Below, piece by piece: positions 1-11,470 of a stretch of DNA of 64,000 bases; within the stretch, counting starts at the first letter, position 1, and every line of letters begins with the position of its first letter. The notes under the pieces were generated by a model, which had not been told where the DNA came from, did no database searches, and saw only the letters and a program-made list of their open reading frames with translations. Location of the stretch: positions 1,780,806-1,844,805 of the forward strand of contig NW_003314271.1 of assembly GCF_000143415.4 (NCBI RefSeq). Reading direction: 5' to 3'. The position numbers and the translations under genes are program-made. This DNA is from Selaginella moellendorffii. Its lineage: Eukaryota; Plantae; Lycopodiophyta.

Positions 1-1630
1 GAATCGGCTTCCCGTCCCACCCCATCGGCAGCTTCAACGGATTGTAAAACTGCTGCTCCTCTTCCTCGCTCTCACTTTCCGGTTGTACTTCCACTTGCTG
101 TGAAAGATAATGTTAGCCAAAGGCTCAAACGCAAAGAACACAAACTTACTTCTTCCCGCTCTTCTTCCATTTCCTCGTAGGTGAATGCCTGCTTCTTCTC
201 CACGTGGCCCTTCGTCTCCTCGATGGCCTGTACCAAAGCGTCAACGAAAGAATAAGGGTGCTAAACTCATACCTCATGAAGTAGCTCAGTCAAGCGACGT
301 ATCCGACATTCGTTCAATGCAATGTCCTTGATATTTGGAAGAGACTCGTCACCATTCTTTTTCGGTTTCATTCCTTTAGCGAAGTGCTTACTGTCAAGTT
401 GGTCCAGTGGTTGGAGCTTTGTAAGCCAGAGCCGCTCCGCGCGTTGCTGGACAGTTCCTCCGCTTTTCAGGCCCAAAAATGCCAGTGACTGCAAAGAGTT
501 GATGCTTAGTTAAGTCACAGAGAAGAAGAAACTTACATACCTGTTTTAGCCTCTCTCCCCCAAGCTGCACAAGCTCTTCAGGAGAGTGATAGTTATCAAT
601 ATTGATCGGATTCAAATTCTTCACTCCTTTGTTTTCCCAGCCTTCTACCTTCCCGGCGAGCCATCGCTCCTCAAACTCTGCCTCGACCTGAAAAAACGCG
701 AAATCAAAGGATGAACAGACAACGCAATCAATGATGTTGTACCTTTGTGAGTTTTTTCTCAATGTCCTGTAGGGGCTGAGTTCTCTGGTAAAAAGACACA
801 AGATAATGCATCAGATCCTCCACGTATTCAGTGTACTGTCTGCATGATCGCTAAAAGTGTAAGATGCACAGAATAAAAGAAAAAAACTTGCCTTGAGAGC
901 TTGTGCATCTGAGGAATTTTGTGCAGTTGAAAGAAGGTCTCGATGTAGGCCGAGTACTCCAGCTGCTGCTCTTTATCCTTCTTCTTCACGAAGCTCAAAT
1001 TCACGTAGCGTTGATGCAACTCGTGCAGGTCGAGAAACCGCCCATACCCTTCCTGCAGAAAAGGTAGAGAGGATTCACCGCGAGAAAACAAAGAAAATAA
1101 AACTTTACCTCTCCACTGAACTCGATGTAAGGTTCTTCCTGGAAAACTTGTTCCAGATCATCGACTTCCATGGCTTGGAGTGATGGGTGTCGTCGATGGT
1201 ACTCGCGAATCTAAATAGAAAGAACACAATCGCGAAAGATGAGCTCAAAGAAAACAATCCATTTATCTTTCCTACGCACTACTCACCTCCTTGAGCCGAT
1301 CGTAGAAAGCGCTAAAGACATTATTCTGGCCGGGAGCGGTTTGGCCTCCAAGCGCAGCAATCTCATCACTCCTGGCACCATCAGCGTCTTCGTAGATATC
1401 CACCTACGATCAAAATCCACCCATGAAGAAACCGAAGAAATGGAGCTCACGCTTACCAGCTTAGAAGTCGCCAGCGTCATCGCTTCCAGCATCATCTTGA
1501 CGCGATGACTCTGGTACAATCGATCCTTGTGTGACTTGACCTCCTTCTGGAGCTCCTTGACCACCATTCGCTCCAAACGCTCGATGTCGTCATGCGCAGA
1601 TCGAGCTTGCTCCAGCAGCGTGGCCGACAT
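1..1630 (-). CDS. SF3A3: Splicing factor 3A subunit 3 (SAP61/PRP9/ATO homolog), multi-exon, 3' end runs off window
   Basis: Exon translations MSATLLEQARSAHDDIERLE, EGYGRFLDLHELHQRY and LGLKSGGTVQQRAERLWLTK match SF3A3; ATG at 1630; GT-AG introns. Confidence 0.93.
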
Positions 1631-1650
1631 CGTCTCCTTCCTCCTGCTCA

Positions 1651-1720
1651 AAACCCTAACCCTAGGAGCCCAATATCCTGCCACGTACGCCTTTTTGTTT
1701 CCCTTTGCCAAAAACCCTAA
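1651..1720. promoter_or_regulatory. Telo-boxes (AAACCCTAA x2) in the ~180 bp bidirectional promoter between SF3A3 and the TVP38-like gene
   Basis: AAACCCTAA at 1651 and 1712. Similar motifs lie just upstream of other ATGs (11073, 11433, 12789, ~17355, ~34863, 38693). Confidence 0.6.
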
Positions 1721-1809
1721 GCCTCTGTTTCAAAATTTCCTAACCCTAAAAATCCCGCCACGTAAGCCTCTTTTGTTTCAAAATTTCCCCTTCGAGTGAG
1801 GTTTTTGCT

Positions 1810-3236
1810 ATGGCGGCGCCGGTGTGCGTCCAGCATGCCTTCTCCAGCTCGCCACAGCAATGCGACATCCAAATGCGGGCTACCGGCGGCCAAGGCAGCG
1901 CTGGATTCTTGGCCGCGAGGAGCGCCAATCCAATCCACGATAGGGTTCGTCATCAGCAGCATCGCCAGGCCAGAGTCGCGCTGCTTGTCAAGGCGTCATC
2001 GTCGCTCAAGGACGGGGAGAGGTCCACGGCGGCTACTCCGGCGGACGATCGCAATGCGAGCCAGTCGAGCGGCGAGAATGTGGTGAGATCCGAGGAAATC
2101 AGGGAGGATGAGGAGGCCGTGTCTGGCGATGCGGCTGTCAAAGGGACTGTTCTTGCGGGATTGCTGCTTATCGGCACGGTGGGAGGATTTGCCGGGGCTG
2201 GATACTACTACCGGGATCAAATAAACGAATTTTTGCTCCAGTTCGCGGATGTCATCGAAGGTATGGAACTGTTCTATTCGATTCTCTTGCTTTTATCTGA
2301 GAACTTTTTTTTTTGGGAATTTTTTAGCATATGGACCTGCTGGTTATGCTATCTTCATCGCTGTGTATGCCGGTTTAGAGGTATGTCTTGCTTTTTTCAT
2401 AAGAAAACTAGAGATCTTCTCACTAGCCTACTCTTGATCGTTCAGGTTCTAGCGATTCCGGCCATTCCACTCACAATGTCAGCTGGATTGCTTTTTGGTA
2501 CGCTGACAGGAACAGTGATTGTATCGGTTTCTGGCACGGTAAGTGGTCATGCATGGAGCAATTTCTTTCTTTTCGTCGATCGTTCGAGCTGATTTTTTTT
2601 GTTTGGCTTTTTCTCGGATTGTTTTCTAGATTGCAGCAACACTCTCGTTTCTTATCGCTAGATATGTTGCTCGTGACAAGATTTTGAAGCTAGCCGAAGG
2701 CAACAAAAAGTATATGGCCATTGACAAGGCAATCGGTGAGAATGGTTTTCGAGTTGTTGCTCTTCTTCGGCTCAGTCCCCTTCTTCCCTTCTCCCTGGGG
2801 AATTATCTTTACGGTTTGACGTCCGTAAAGCTTGTTCCTTATGTATTGGGGAGGTATTTGATTCTTTTCCTTGGCAAAACCGTTGCAAATTTTACTTGTT
2901 TTTTCAGCTGGGTTGGCATGCTACCAGGAACTTGGGCTTATGTGAGCGCAGGAGCATTTGGTCGAGCTTTAATCGTATGTTTGCTTTCGTTTTTCCTCTA
3001 AAAATGCTTGTTTTTTTTTCCTTCCATAATTTTACAGCAAGAATCAGAATCGAAATTGCCGGGAGGTCCCCAGCAGCTCGCTACGCTTGGGTTAGGATTG
3101 CTGGCGACAGTAGTTGCTGCAGGATATGTTACGAGACTAGCCAAGGTTAAGGTTTTCACATCATTCGGCTATCGTGGTTCTAACTTCACTCATTTTTCTT
3201 CTCTTTTTCCAGGATTCTATAAAGGACATCGAGTAA
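1810..3236 (+). CDS. SNARE-associated Golgi protein / TVP38-TMEM64 (VTT/DedA) family, probably plastid-targeted
   Basis: Exons give LEVLAIPAIPLTMSAGLLFG and GFRVVALLRLSPLLPFSLGNYLYGLT; Ser/Ala/Arg-rich N-terminus; TAA at 3234-3236. Confidence 0.88.
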
Positions 3237-3369
3237 AGAGAGAGCGAGAGAGAGAGAGAGAGAGCGAAGACTGTATAGGTACTAATTTTGTACGTCTCTA
3301 ACTGTATTCAATTTGTATATAGGAGAAGTCACAAAATGGCTACCCTCATCCTAGAACATTTTGTTTGCA

Positions 3370-5150
3370 ATGGAGAAGAGAGAGTGTGAGTTTGAAAATT
3401 TGGAGTATCAAAGGGGATTTGGCAATCATTTTCGAAGCGAGGCTCTGCAAGGTGCTCTACCAAATGGACAGAACAGCCCTCTCCACTGCCCATATGGTTT
3501 GTATGCCGAACAACTTTCGGGAACGGCCTTCACTACTCCAAGGAAACAGAATTTCAGAAGGTACTCGCAATTCTAGGAGTGGATTTTGCCAATTTACTCT
3601 GTAATCATTTTGATTCAGCTGGCTGTATCGGATCAAGCCATCTGTTGGACACGAACCATTCCAGCTTTATTCTTCTCCATCTCTGAACTTCGCTGGCGTT
3701 ATTGATAAGGATCGTTTCCTCACAACGCCAACGCAGTTGCGGTGGAAGCCTCTGGAGTGTCCAGAACATCCAAGAGACTTTGTTCATGGCCTCTTTACAA
3801 TGTGTGGAGCCGGAAGCCCCTTTCTTCGACACGGTTACATGATCCATATGTAAGCAATCAGATCTTGTATTCTTGTTAGAAATTTCTCGTGTTGCAGCTA
3901 CGTGGCAAACAAATCCATGGAAGACTGTGCGTTGGCTAACGCTGACGGGGACTTCTTGATTGTTCCACAGCAAGGACGTAAGAACTAATTTTGCTCAACT
4001 CTTTTCGTTTTTATCTTCATTTGCTTTCAATAACAGGTCTTTGGATTAAAACTGAATTTGGGAAACTGCAAGTTTGCCCTGGTGAAATCGTTGTTCTTCA
4101 GCTAGGAATGCGGTTTGCTATCGAACTACCAGATGCAACCTCTCGTGGCTACATTCTAGAGGTTTTCAGCGGGCATTTTCAGCTTCCGGACCTTGGCCTT
4201 ATTGGTTAGTTTCAAGATAAAGAGGTTCTGACGTTATTGTTAGTTCGCCACAGGTGCTAATGGTCTTGCTGAAGTCGGAGAGTTTGAAACTCCTGTAGCG
4301 TGGTTTGAGAATAAGCACTGCGAAGCTGGTTTCACCATTTTCCACAAATTTGGAGGCCAGATGTTTTCAGCAAAACAAGAACATTCCCCGTTTAATGTCG
4401 TAGCTTGGCACGGCAACTATGCACCATACAAGGTGAACATTTGAAACTTAGCAGGAGGTCTCTAAAGTTCTTTCTTCTGTCTTTTCTATTTCATACAGTA
4501 TGACCTCAGGAAATTTTGTCCAGTTAACACGGTGTTGTTTGATCACGCGGACCCGTCTATAAACACAGGTACCAGCAGACCTTTTCAGATTTTGTGTGTG
4601 CTTCACCCGGGTTTCGTGTAACCTGTGCAGTTCTCACAGTCCCTTCGGAGAAGCCCGGCGTGGCGGTGGTCGACTTTGTGGTATTTCCACCTCGATGGTC
4701 AGTGGCGGAGCACACATTCCGACCGCCATACTTCCACAGAAACTGCATGAGCGAGTTCATGGGGCTTATCTCCGGCTCTTACGAGGTAGACAATTCCTGT
4801 TTTCTCTCCAAAATGGTTCATCCTTGTGGTTCTTAGGCCAAGGCGGGCGGATTCCTTCCGGGAGGTGCGAGCTTGCATTGCTGCATGACACCCCATGGCG
4901 TGGATGCTACAACTTACGAGGTATTCTCGATCCTTTGTCTAGTTCTCACGCTATTTCCATGTTCTTCTAGAACACGATCAGCGCAACATCACAGGAACCT
5001 GTCAAGGTGTCGACCAACGCTCTAGCTTTCATGTTTGAATCGTCGCTCACTCCCCAAGTAGCGATCTCGGCGTATAACTCACAGCAGCGAGACGCTGAGT
5101 ATCACCAGTGCTGGAGTGGCCTGAACTCTCATTTTGCTCTTGAAAGCTAG
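3370..5150 (+). CDS. HGO: Homogentisate 1,2-dioxygenase
   Basis: [74 protein letters not shown]; TAG ends at 5150. Confidence 0.95.
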
Positions 5151-5428
5151 CCAAATCGCGACCGTTAGATCGGACGGATCACAGCCCGCCACATGGCTCG
5201 GAAAATCGCTACCGTCAATATCACATGGCTTGATCCAGGATCTCTTAACTTTAGGGTTTATTATCTTGCTCGCCTCTCTCCAAATTCACGCTAGGAGCGT
5301 GTTCTCCATGGATTGCGAATGGATGCAGTGAGAAAATGTGATGCTTCACTGGCCATTGCTGCTTCTCTGGCAATCTGATAGAATGCGTGTTGAAATTTCC
5401 TTGTTTTCCAGCGAAATCTCGGGCATGA

Positions 5429-7507
5429 ATGGCCCTTGCGGATCGATGCGAGCAGATCCACGCCCTGCTATCCGCGTTGAAATCATGCCACAAGTCGCGC
5501 AATCTCGAGAAAGGCCAGAGGCTTCACAGTGATGCGATCCAAGACGGGGATGAATCGAACCAGTATTTTGGCAACGGTCTTCTCAGCATGTATGGAAAAT
5601 GCGGTTCCATGGTGGACGCCCAACAGGTTTTTGATGCAATGCCTTCTCGAGATGTGGTCTCATGGAACGCTTTGATCGCAGGCTATGCCGAGAATGGGGA
5701 TGAAAGGCTGGGACTGGAAGTTTTTTCCTCCATGCAACGAGAGGGATACAAGCCAGATGCTCGAAGCTTTGTTGCTGTGCTCAAGGCCTTGGCGAGCTTG
5801 GCAGCCGCGGAAGAAGGGCGAGAGATAGAAGGCAAGCTCGTCAAAGAGGAGTGTCTCAAGCAAGGGAGAATTCTTCACTCGCAAGCTCGAATAAGTGGCT
5901 ACGAATCCAACGTTTTCCTTGCCAACACTCTGGTGGATATGTACGCGAAGTGTGGAAGCCTGGTGGATGCCCGGCGAGCTTTTGCTAGCATGCCTCGCCG
6001 GAGCGTTGTCTCTTGGAACGCGATGCTGCTGGGCTGTGCGGACAATGGCGAGGCCGAGGAGGGGATGAGGCTGTTCGAAAGCATGCAAATCGGTGGAAGC
6101 TGCGAACCGGATGCGAGAACTTTTGTGGCCGCGCTGAAGAACTGCTCGATCCAGTCGGTGAAGGAAGAAGCCCGGCTGGTTGACGGGATGTTGCTGAAGC
6201 TGGAGAGCTTGAAACGAGGGATGGCTATTCACGCGGAAGCGGCGAGAAGGAAGCATGACTTAGACGGATACGTGACGAGCAGCTTGGTGGATATGTATGC
6301 CAAGTGTGGGAGCTTGGGTGACGCGAGGAAAGTTTTCGAAGGCATGCCGTACAGAAGCGTGGTAGCGTGGAACGCATTGCTGCTAGGCTGCGTTGAGAAC
6401 AGGGAAGCGGAGATGGCCTTGGAGCTGTTTTCTTCCATGCAAAGTCCGGATGCTCTCAGTTTTGTTGCTGCTCTGAAAGCATGCATTCTCCTGGCTACTA
6501 CTGATGGAGACGCTGGCCGGGTTTCTCTCGAACGAGGCATGGCTATCCATACTCGAGCTGCAAAGTTGGGCTACGACTCCGAGACCAATGTGTTAGGTAC
6601 GTTGGCCGACTTGTATTCCAAGTGTGGAAGTTTCACAGATGCGATGAGGGTGTTTCACAGGAGTTCTCGTCGGCATCGAGTGCTGTGGAACACGCTGATA
6701 CTTAGTTATGTGGACAGCGGCGAACCAGAGCTGGCTCTCGAGATTTTCCTTCGCTTGCGAGCCAACGACCCTGAGAGGTGTGCTCCGGACGCTCGAACGT
6801 TCGCAGCGGCGCTCAAGGCGTGTGGCAGTGTTGTCTCTATGGAGATCTCTGCGGTGATCCACGCTGATATTCTTCGACGGGGCCTTGAGAAGGACGGAGT
6901 TCTGGTCACTTGTTTGGTGGACGCTTGCTGCCGATGCGGAAGAATGGTCGCTGCTCAGCACGTAGTTGATGCTCTGGTCTCGGAGGACTTGATAGCCTGG
7001 AACGCGCTGCTAACGGGATACAGTCGTCATGGAGACCATGAAAGGGTCTTGGAACTGTTCGAGAGAATGCGGGGTGAAGGCTTGGAACCGGACTCCATCA
7101 CTTTTATGGCCGTTCTCAGCGCGTGTGGTCACTGCGGCCTGGTCGAGAGAGGCAAGAGGTTCTTCAAGGCAATGGTTTCAAACTTTAGGATTCAGGCCGA
7201 GATAGAGCACTACCACTGCATGGTGGATATCTTTGGTCGTGCCAATCGGCTGGGTGATGCTTTGGAGACCGTGAGAAGCATGCCATTCAGACCGACTGCT
7301 GTGACATGGACGATTGTTCTCGGGGCTTGTCGCAAGTGGAAGGATGTGGTGGTCGGACGGCTCGCGTTTGAATCACTGCTAGCTATGAATGAAGCGGACA
7401 CGGCAGCGTATATGTTGATGGGAAACATTTATGCGAGCAGAAATATGTGGACCGAGAAAGCGGAGAACGTCCAACACAAGTTTCTAAAAGGTACGTTTAT
7501 GGGATAG
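5429..7507 (+). CDS. PLS-class pentatricopeptide repeat protein with E-type C-terminus and no DYW domain (organellar RNA-editing factor type), intronless
   Basis: Repeated LVDMYAKCGSL..A..VF..M..R.VVSWNA motifs; HYHCMVDIFGRA and YMLMGNIYA E-domain-like ending. Confidence 0.92.
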   Translation: MALADRCEQIHALLSALKSCHKSRNLEKGQRLHSDAIQDGDESNQYFGNGLLSMYGKCGSMVDAQQVFDAMPSRDVVSWNALIAGYAENGDERLGLEVFSSMQREGYKPDARSFVAVLKALASLAAAEEGREIEGKLVKEECLKQGRILHSQARISGYESNVFLANTLVDMYAKCGSLVDARRAFASMPRRSVVSWNAMLLGCADNGEAEEGMRLFESMQIGGSCEPDARTFVAALKNCSIQSVKEEARLVDGMLLKLESLKRGMAIHAEAARRKHDLDGYVTSSLVDMYAKCGSLGDARKVFEGMPYRSVVAWNALLLGCVENREAEMALELFSSMQSPDALSFVAALKACILLATTDGDAGRVSLERGMAIHTRAAKLGYDSETNVLGTLADLYSKCGSFTDAMRVFHRSSRRHRVLWNTLILSYVDSGEPELALEIFLRLRANDPERCAPDARTFAAALKACGSVVSMEISAVIHADILRRGLEKDGVLVTCLVDACCRCGRMVAAQHVVDALVSEDLIAWNALLTGYSRHGDHERVLELFERMRGEGLEPDSITFMAVLSACGHCGLVERGKRFFKAMVSNFRIQAEIEHYHCMVDIFGRANRLGDALETVRSMPFRPTAVTWTIVLGACRKWKDVVVGRLAFESLLAMNEADTAAYMLMGNIYASRNMWTEKAENVQHKFLKGTFMG

Positions 7508-7692
7508 AGTAGAGAAGAAAAAGGAACTTTGTGATCTTACCTCTAACTTATTCTTTTCTCGCAGTTTGATCACCTTTAATTCCCTTTTCCTAAAAACGAA
7601 GATCATCTGAAGTTACTTTTACGACGGATAAGGTGGAGTCCCAGCTGTTATAAAATGATCCCAAGCTCTCGAGAAAATCTCAAGGAGCAAGG

Positions 7693-10600
7693 ATGAGGCT
7701 TGCGAGTTTGCTCCTCGTCTCCGCTCTGTTCGTTGCATGCTCCGCGATCAGTGGGGATCCGCCGGTTCAGATATGTATCAACGACGTGACGGTGAACATC
7801 TCGAACTATCTCCGCTACACGCACAGCATCGATCCTCGGCTCGACACTTACAACTACACGGAGGACTACACAGCGCCGATGTCGGATCCTCCTCCAGCTA
7901 TTGTTCCAGCCAGCTTTGCTGCAGCGGCTAGCAAGATTCACCTGCTGGAAGGATCTTCGCTCCACAAAGTCCGGATCGACGCCGACTCGCTACAAGGCAA
8001 GGGCCAGCAGACGAATCTCGAGTACCTTCTCATGCTGGACGTGGATAGTCTGGCCTATAGCTTCCGCAACAATTCGGGATTGCCGACAAAGGGTGTTCCT
8101 TACGGAGGATGGGAGGCTCCAGACCAAGAGCTCAGAGGACACTTCGTTGGTAAGCTAAACTACATTGGAGTTTTCTACGTGCTTAGTTACAGTATTGTTT
8201 TTGTGATCCAGGGCACTACTTGAGTGCCACTGCAAAGATGTGGGCAAGTACACACAATGAGGAGCTGAAGCGGAGGATGGATCATCTCGTGGATATACTA
8301 GATGAGTGCCAGCAAAAGATTGGGACTGGTTACTTGTCAGCGTTTCCTCTCAACTTGTTCACTCGTTTTGAGACGTATCGTCCAGTATGGGCTCCGTATT
8401 ACACCATCCACAAGGTGAGTGAGTGTGTCATGAAAGCCGTGTGTTTACTGATCAAACCTTTCCTTTTTAGATAATGGCTGGACTTTTGGATCAGTACACC
8501 GAGGCAGGCAATATGAAGGCTCTCCGAATGGTCATTTGGATGGCACAGTATTTCTCAAAACGTGTGGAAAACTACATCGAGAAGTACAGCATTCAAGCTC
8601 ACTTCCAAGCGCTAAATGAAGAAACTGGTGGCATGAATGATGTTCTCTATGACCTCTATAAGATCACGGTACGTTGTTTTAAGTTGGCATGATCGTTACC
8701 AGATTTCTTACAATGCTTTGTCTTGCTTCGCAGGGTGATCCACAACACTTGAAGCTTGCTCATCTCTTTGACAAGCCATGCTTCCTTGGTCCATTGGCTC
8801 TGCAGCAAGACACACTGTCGGGTTTCCATGCTAACACTCATATCCCAATTCTGATAGGTGCACAGAAGCGATACGAGCTAACCGGAGACCAAGTTTCCAA
8901 GGTAACTACCAGGATTGAACTACTTTCAAGCTCACACTGTCGTGTAGGAGCTGGTCACCTTTTTCATGGATGCTGTCAACTCGTCGCACCGCTTCGTCAC
9001 CGGAGGAACCAGCGACAATGAGTTTTGGAAGGATCCCAACAGGATGGCTTCCTCGCTTGGGAAAGATGTGGAGGAGTCGTGCTCGAGCTACAACATGCTC
9101 AAGATCGCCAGAAACTTGTTCCGGTGGACGAAGGACGCCAGCTACATGGATTACTATGAGCGGCTTATACTCAACGGCGTTCTCACCATCCAGAGAGGAG
9201 AACCCGGAGTGATGATTTACATGCTTCCTATGGGCCCTGGAATGGCTAAAACTTCCAGCACTATGGGATGGGGAGATCCATTTGATTCGTTCTGGTGCTG
9301 CTATGGAACTGGTGCGTATTTTCTTGTAAGCTTCTCGTTCACTGACTTGGAGAAAGTTTTCCTTCATCTCAGGCATTGAGTCGTTCTCAAAGTTTGGAGA
9401 CTCGATCTATTTTGAGGACTATGGTGTGAGGGACGAGAATCCAGGAGCACAGCGTCCAATCCCAGCACTTTATGTTGCGCAATTCGTTCCAAGCACACTC
9501 GAATGGGACTCGGCCGGTCTCATACTTAAGCAGACAGTAAAACCACTGACCTCGTTTGATCCGGTCATGGAGGTCACCATTCATCTGCACGAGGTAATTC
9601 TTTCTCGTTTATTTACTTCCTCTACTTTCGAAGTTACTAACTCATACACAACTTTGGTCAGAATCCAAAAGCAACTATTGAAGAAACAAGCCCGTACCAC
9701 AAGCTGATCAACACCTTGTACGTTAGAATTCCGTCGTGGGTGGCAAGCGGCTACGAAGCGTATTTCAACGACGAGCCACAAGATATCACGCCGGGATCGT
9801 TCTTGGCGATCCAGAGAGAGTGGAAGGCCGGCGACAAACTGACATTCAAGTTCCCAGCAGAAGTGAGACTAGAACACATCCAAGGTATGGAAAATACTCT
9901 CTTTGCAAATCTGCAAATCTTCTAACTTTCGTGGTGGTGGTGTGCTTTTCTTTTCTTCCAGATGATCGGGAGGAACACCAGAGCTTGAACGGGATCATGT
10001 TTGGACCATTCGTGCTGGCCGGTTTAAGCCACGGTGAATTCGACTTGGGCCCCGTCGACACCTCGTCCCCAAGCGACTGGATCACTCCGGTGAATCCCAG
10101 CGACAACGATCTCTTGTACACTTTCCGGATGGGAGACTACCAGCTGGGACACAAGCACCGCACCGTGACGCTCGACTCGGCCAGCACCAACGGCACAGAC
10201 TGGGACTTCGAGGCCACTTTCAAGGTGATATCTTCTTCGTCTCCATCGCTCGCTGCTAGCAAGCATTCCGGACTGGTGGGAAGAGTGGTCTCTCTGGAAC
10301 TCCTGGATCAGCCAGGAAGGATCATCGCCCACTCCGGGATCAACAAGAACTTGGTGGTGGTGGACACTTCCCAGTTCGCGGACAGCACGAACTACTTGTC
10401 TCAGGCGAACTTGGGATTCAAGGTGGTTCCAGGGCTGGCGAGCGATAGATTGGTGTCGTTTGAGTCGCAAGATCTCCCAGGCTGCTACATCTACGTCGAC
10501 GATTGGAGAGTTCCGGCGCAGCTCAAGTGTAGAAGCAAAGAGAACGATGGATTTGATGCCAAGGCGAGCTTCAAGGCGAGCCAGGGATTGAGGAGCTATC

Positions 10601-10707
10601 ATCCGTTGAGCTTCGTCGCGACGAGCCAAGGCTTGAGGAATTTCTTGCTCTTCCCGCAGCTGGCTTACAGGGACGAGCACTACGCTATCTATTTTGATAT
10701 GGTATAG
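7693..10707 (+). CDS. Secreted GH127 (DUF1680) beta-L-arabinofuranosidase-like protein with C-terminal AbfB-like domain
   Basis: Signal peptide; YGGWEAPDQELRGHFVGHYLSA, WAPYYTIHKIMAGL, NEETGGMND, HANTHIP, ESCSSYNMLK, FWCCYGTG. Confidence 0.9.
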
Positions 10708-10773
10708 TCGTATTGTATAGTTTGAGAGAGATGTAAAGGTTTTGAGAGATCGATCTTGGGCTATGGTTGTTAA

Positions 10774-11061
10774 CTAGAAATCATAGCATCTTCCAGCTTT
10801 CTCCCAGTCGCCATAGCGCGTTGGCTCGAGGCCTTGGGGTCCTCCCACCTCCTCACGCTCTACTCCTTTGCCATTCTCGTTCTCGTTCTTATTACTCTCA
10901 GCCCTAGTGCTACTCGGTTCTTCCTTTGGATCTTCCTTGGAATCGCGCGCATTCTTTTGGTTCTTGGGCGCCGGCTGCTCGATCCGCGCTGCGCCAGACG
11001 ACCAAAGCCTCGATTGATTGATCGCCAGGCCGACCCATCGACGACGCAACGCCATGGCCAT
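10774..11061 (-). CDS. SDHAF4: Succinate dehydrogenase assembly factor 4 (DUF1674), mitochondrial
   Basis: C-terminal EVGGPQGLEPTRYGDWEKAGRCYDF signature; Arg-rich presequence. Confidence 0.92.
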   Translation of the reverse strand: MAMALRRRWVGLAINQSRLWSSGAARIEQPAPKNQKNARDSKEDPKEEPSSTRAESNKNENENGKGVEREEVGGPQGLEPTRYGDWEKAGRCYDF

Positions 11062-11126
11062 GGAAGATCACAAACCCTAAATTCCGGAGAGGCTCTTTGC
11101 TACGCAAGAATGTTCTTACATTTTGA

Positions 11127-11423
11127 TCACGATGGTGGCGCTGCTGCTTGCGAGGATGCTGGCGATGGCGCTGGAATTCCCAGGTATTTTGGAGGAGGAG
11201 GGCCTTTGCAAGCCTTGATAATCGCTTCGACCTAGAAGACAAGAAAGCCCCAATTTCATCTAGTGAAGAAGAGAAGAAGATTTCTCTCTCGCGATACCTG
11301 GTGAATGCGGATTAATCGCCTCCTCCTGTTGGCTTTCCTCGTATCATTCATCTTCCATTTCTTCCACACCAGCCCGCCAGTGATCTTCTTGACGATCTGC
11401 AGCACATTCGTGAACTGGACCAT
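11127..11423 (-). CDS. Putative mitochondrial ribosomal protein mL60-like, 76 aa, exons 11423-11298 and 11231-11127
   Basis: Spliced product MVQFTNVLQIVKKITGGLVWKKWKMNDTRKANRRRRLIRIHQ/VEAIIKACKG... via a GT-AG intron. The GGL.WK..W..T.K.R.RRRL pattern resembles mL60/MRPL31. Telo-box-like motif just upstream. Confidence 0.7.
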
Positions 11424-11470
11424 CCTCGCTAGAACCCTAAACCCCCGCGGAACTTGGAATGTGGTCAGCT

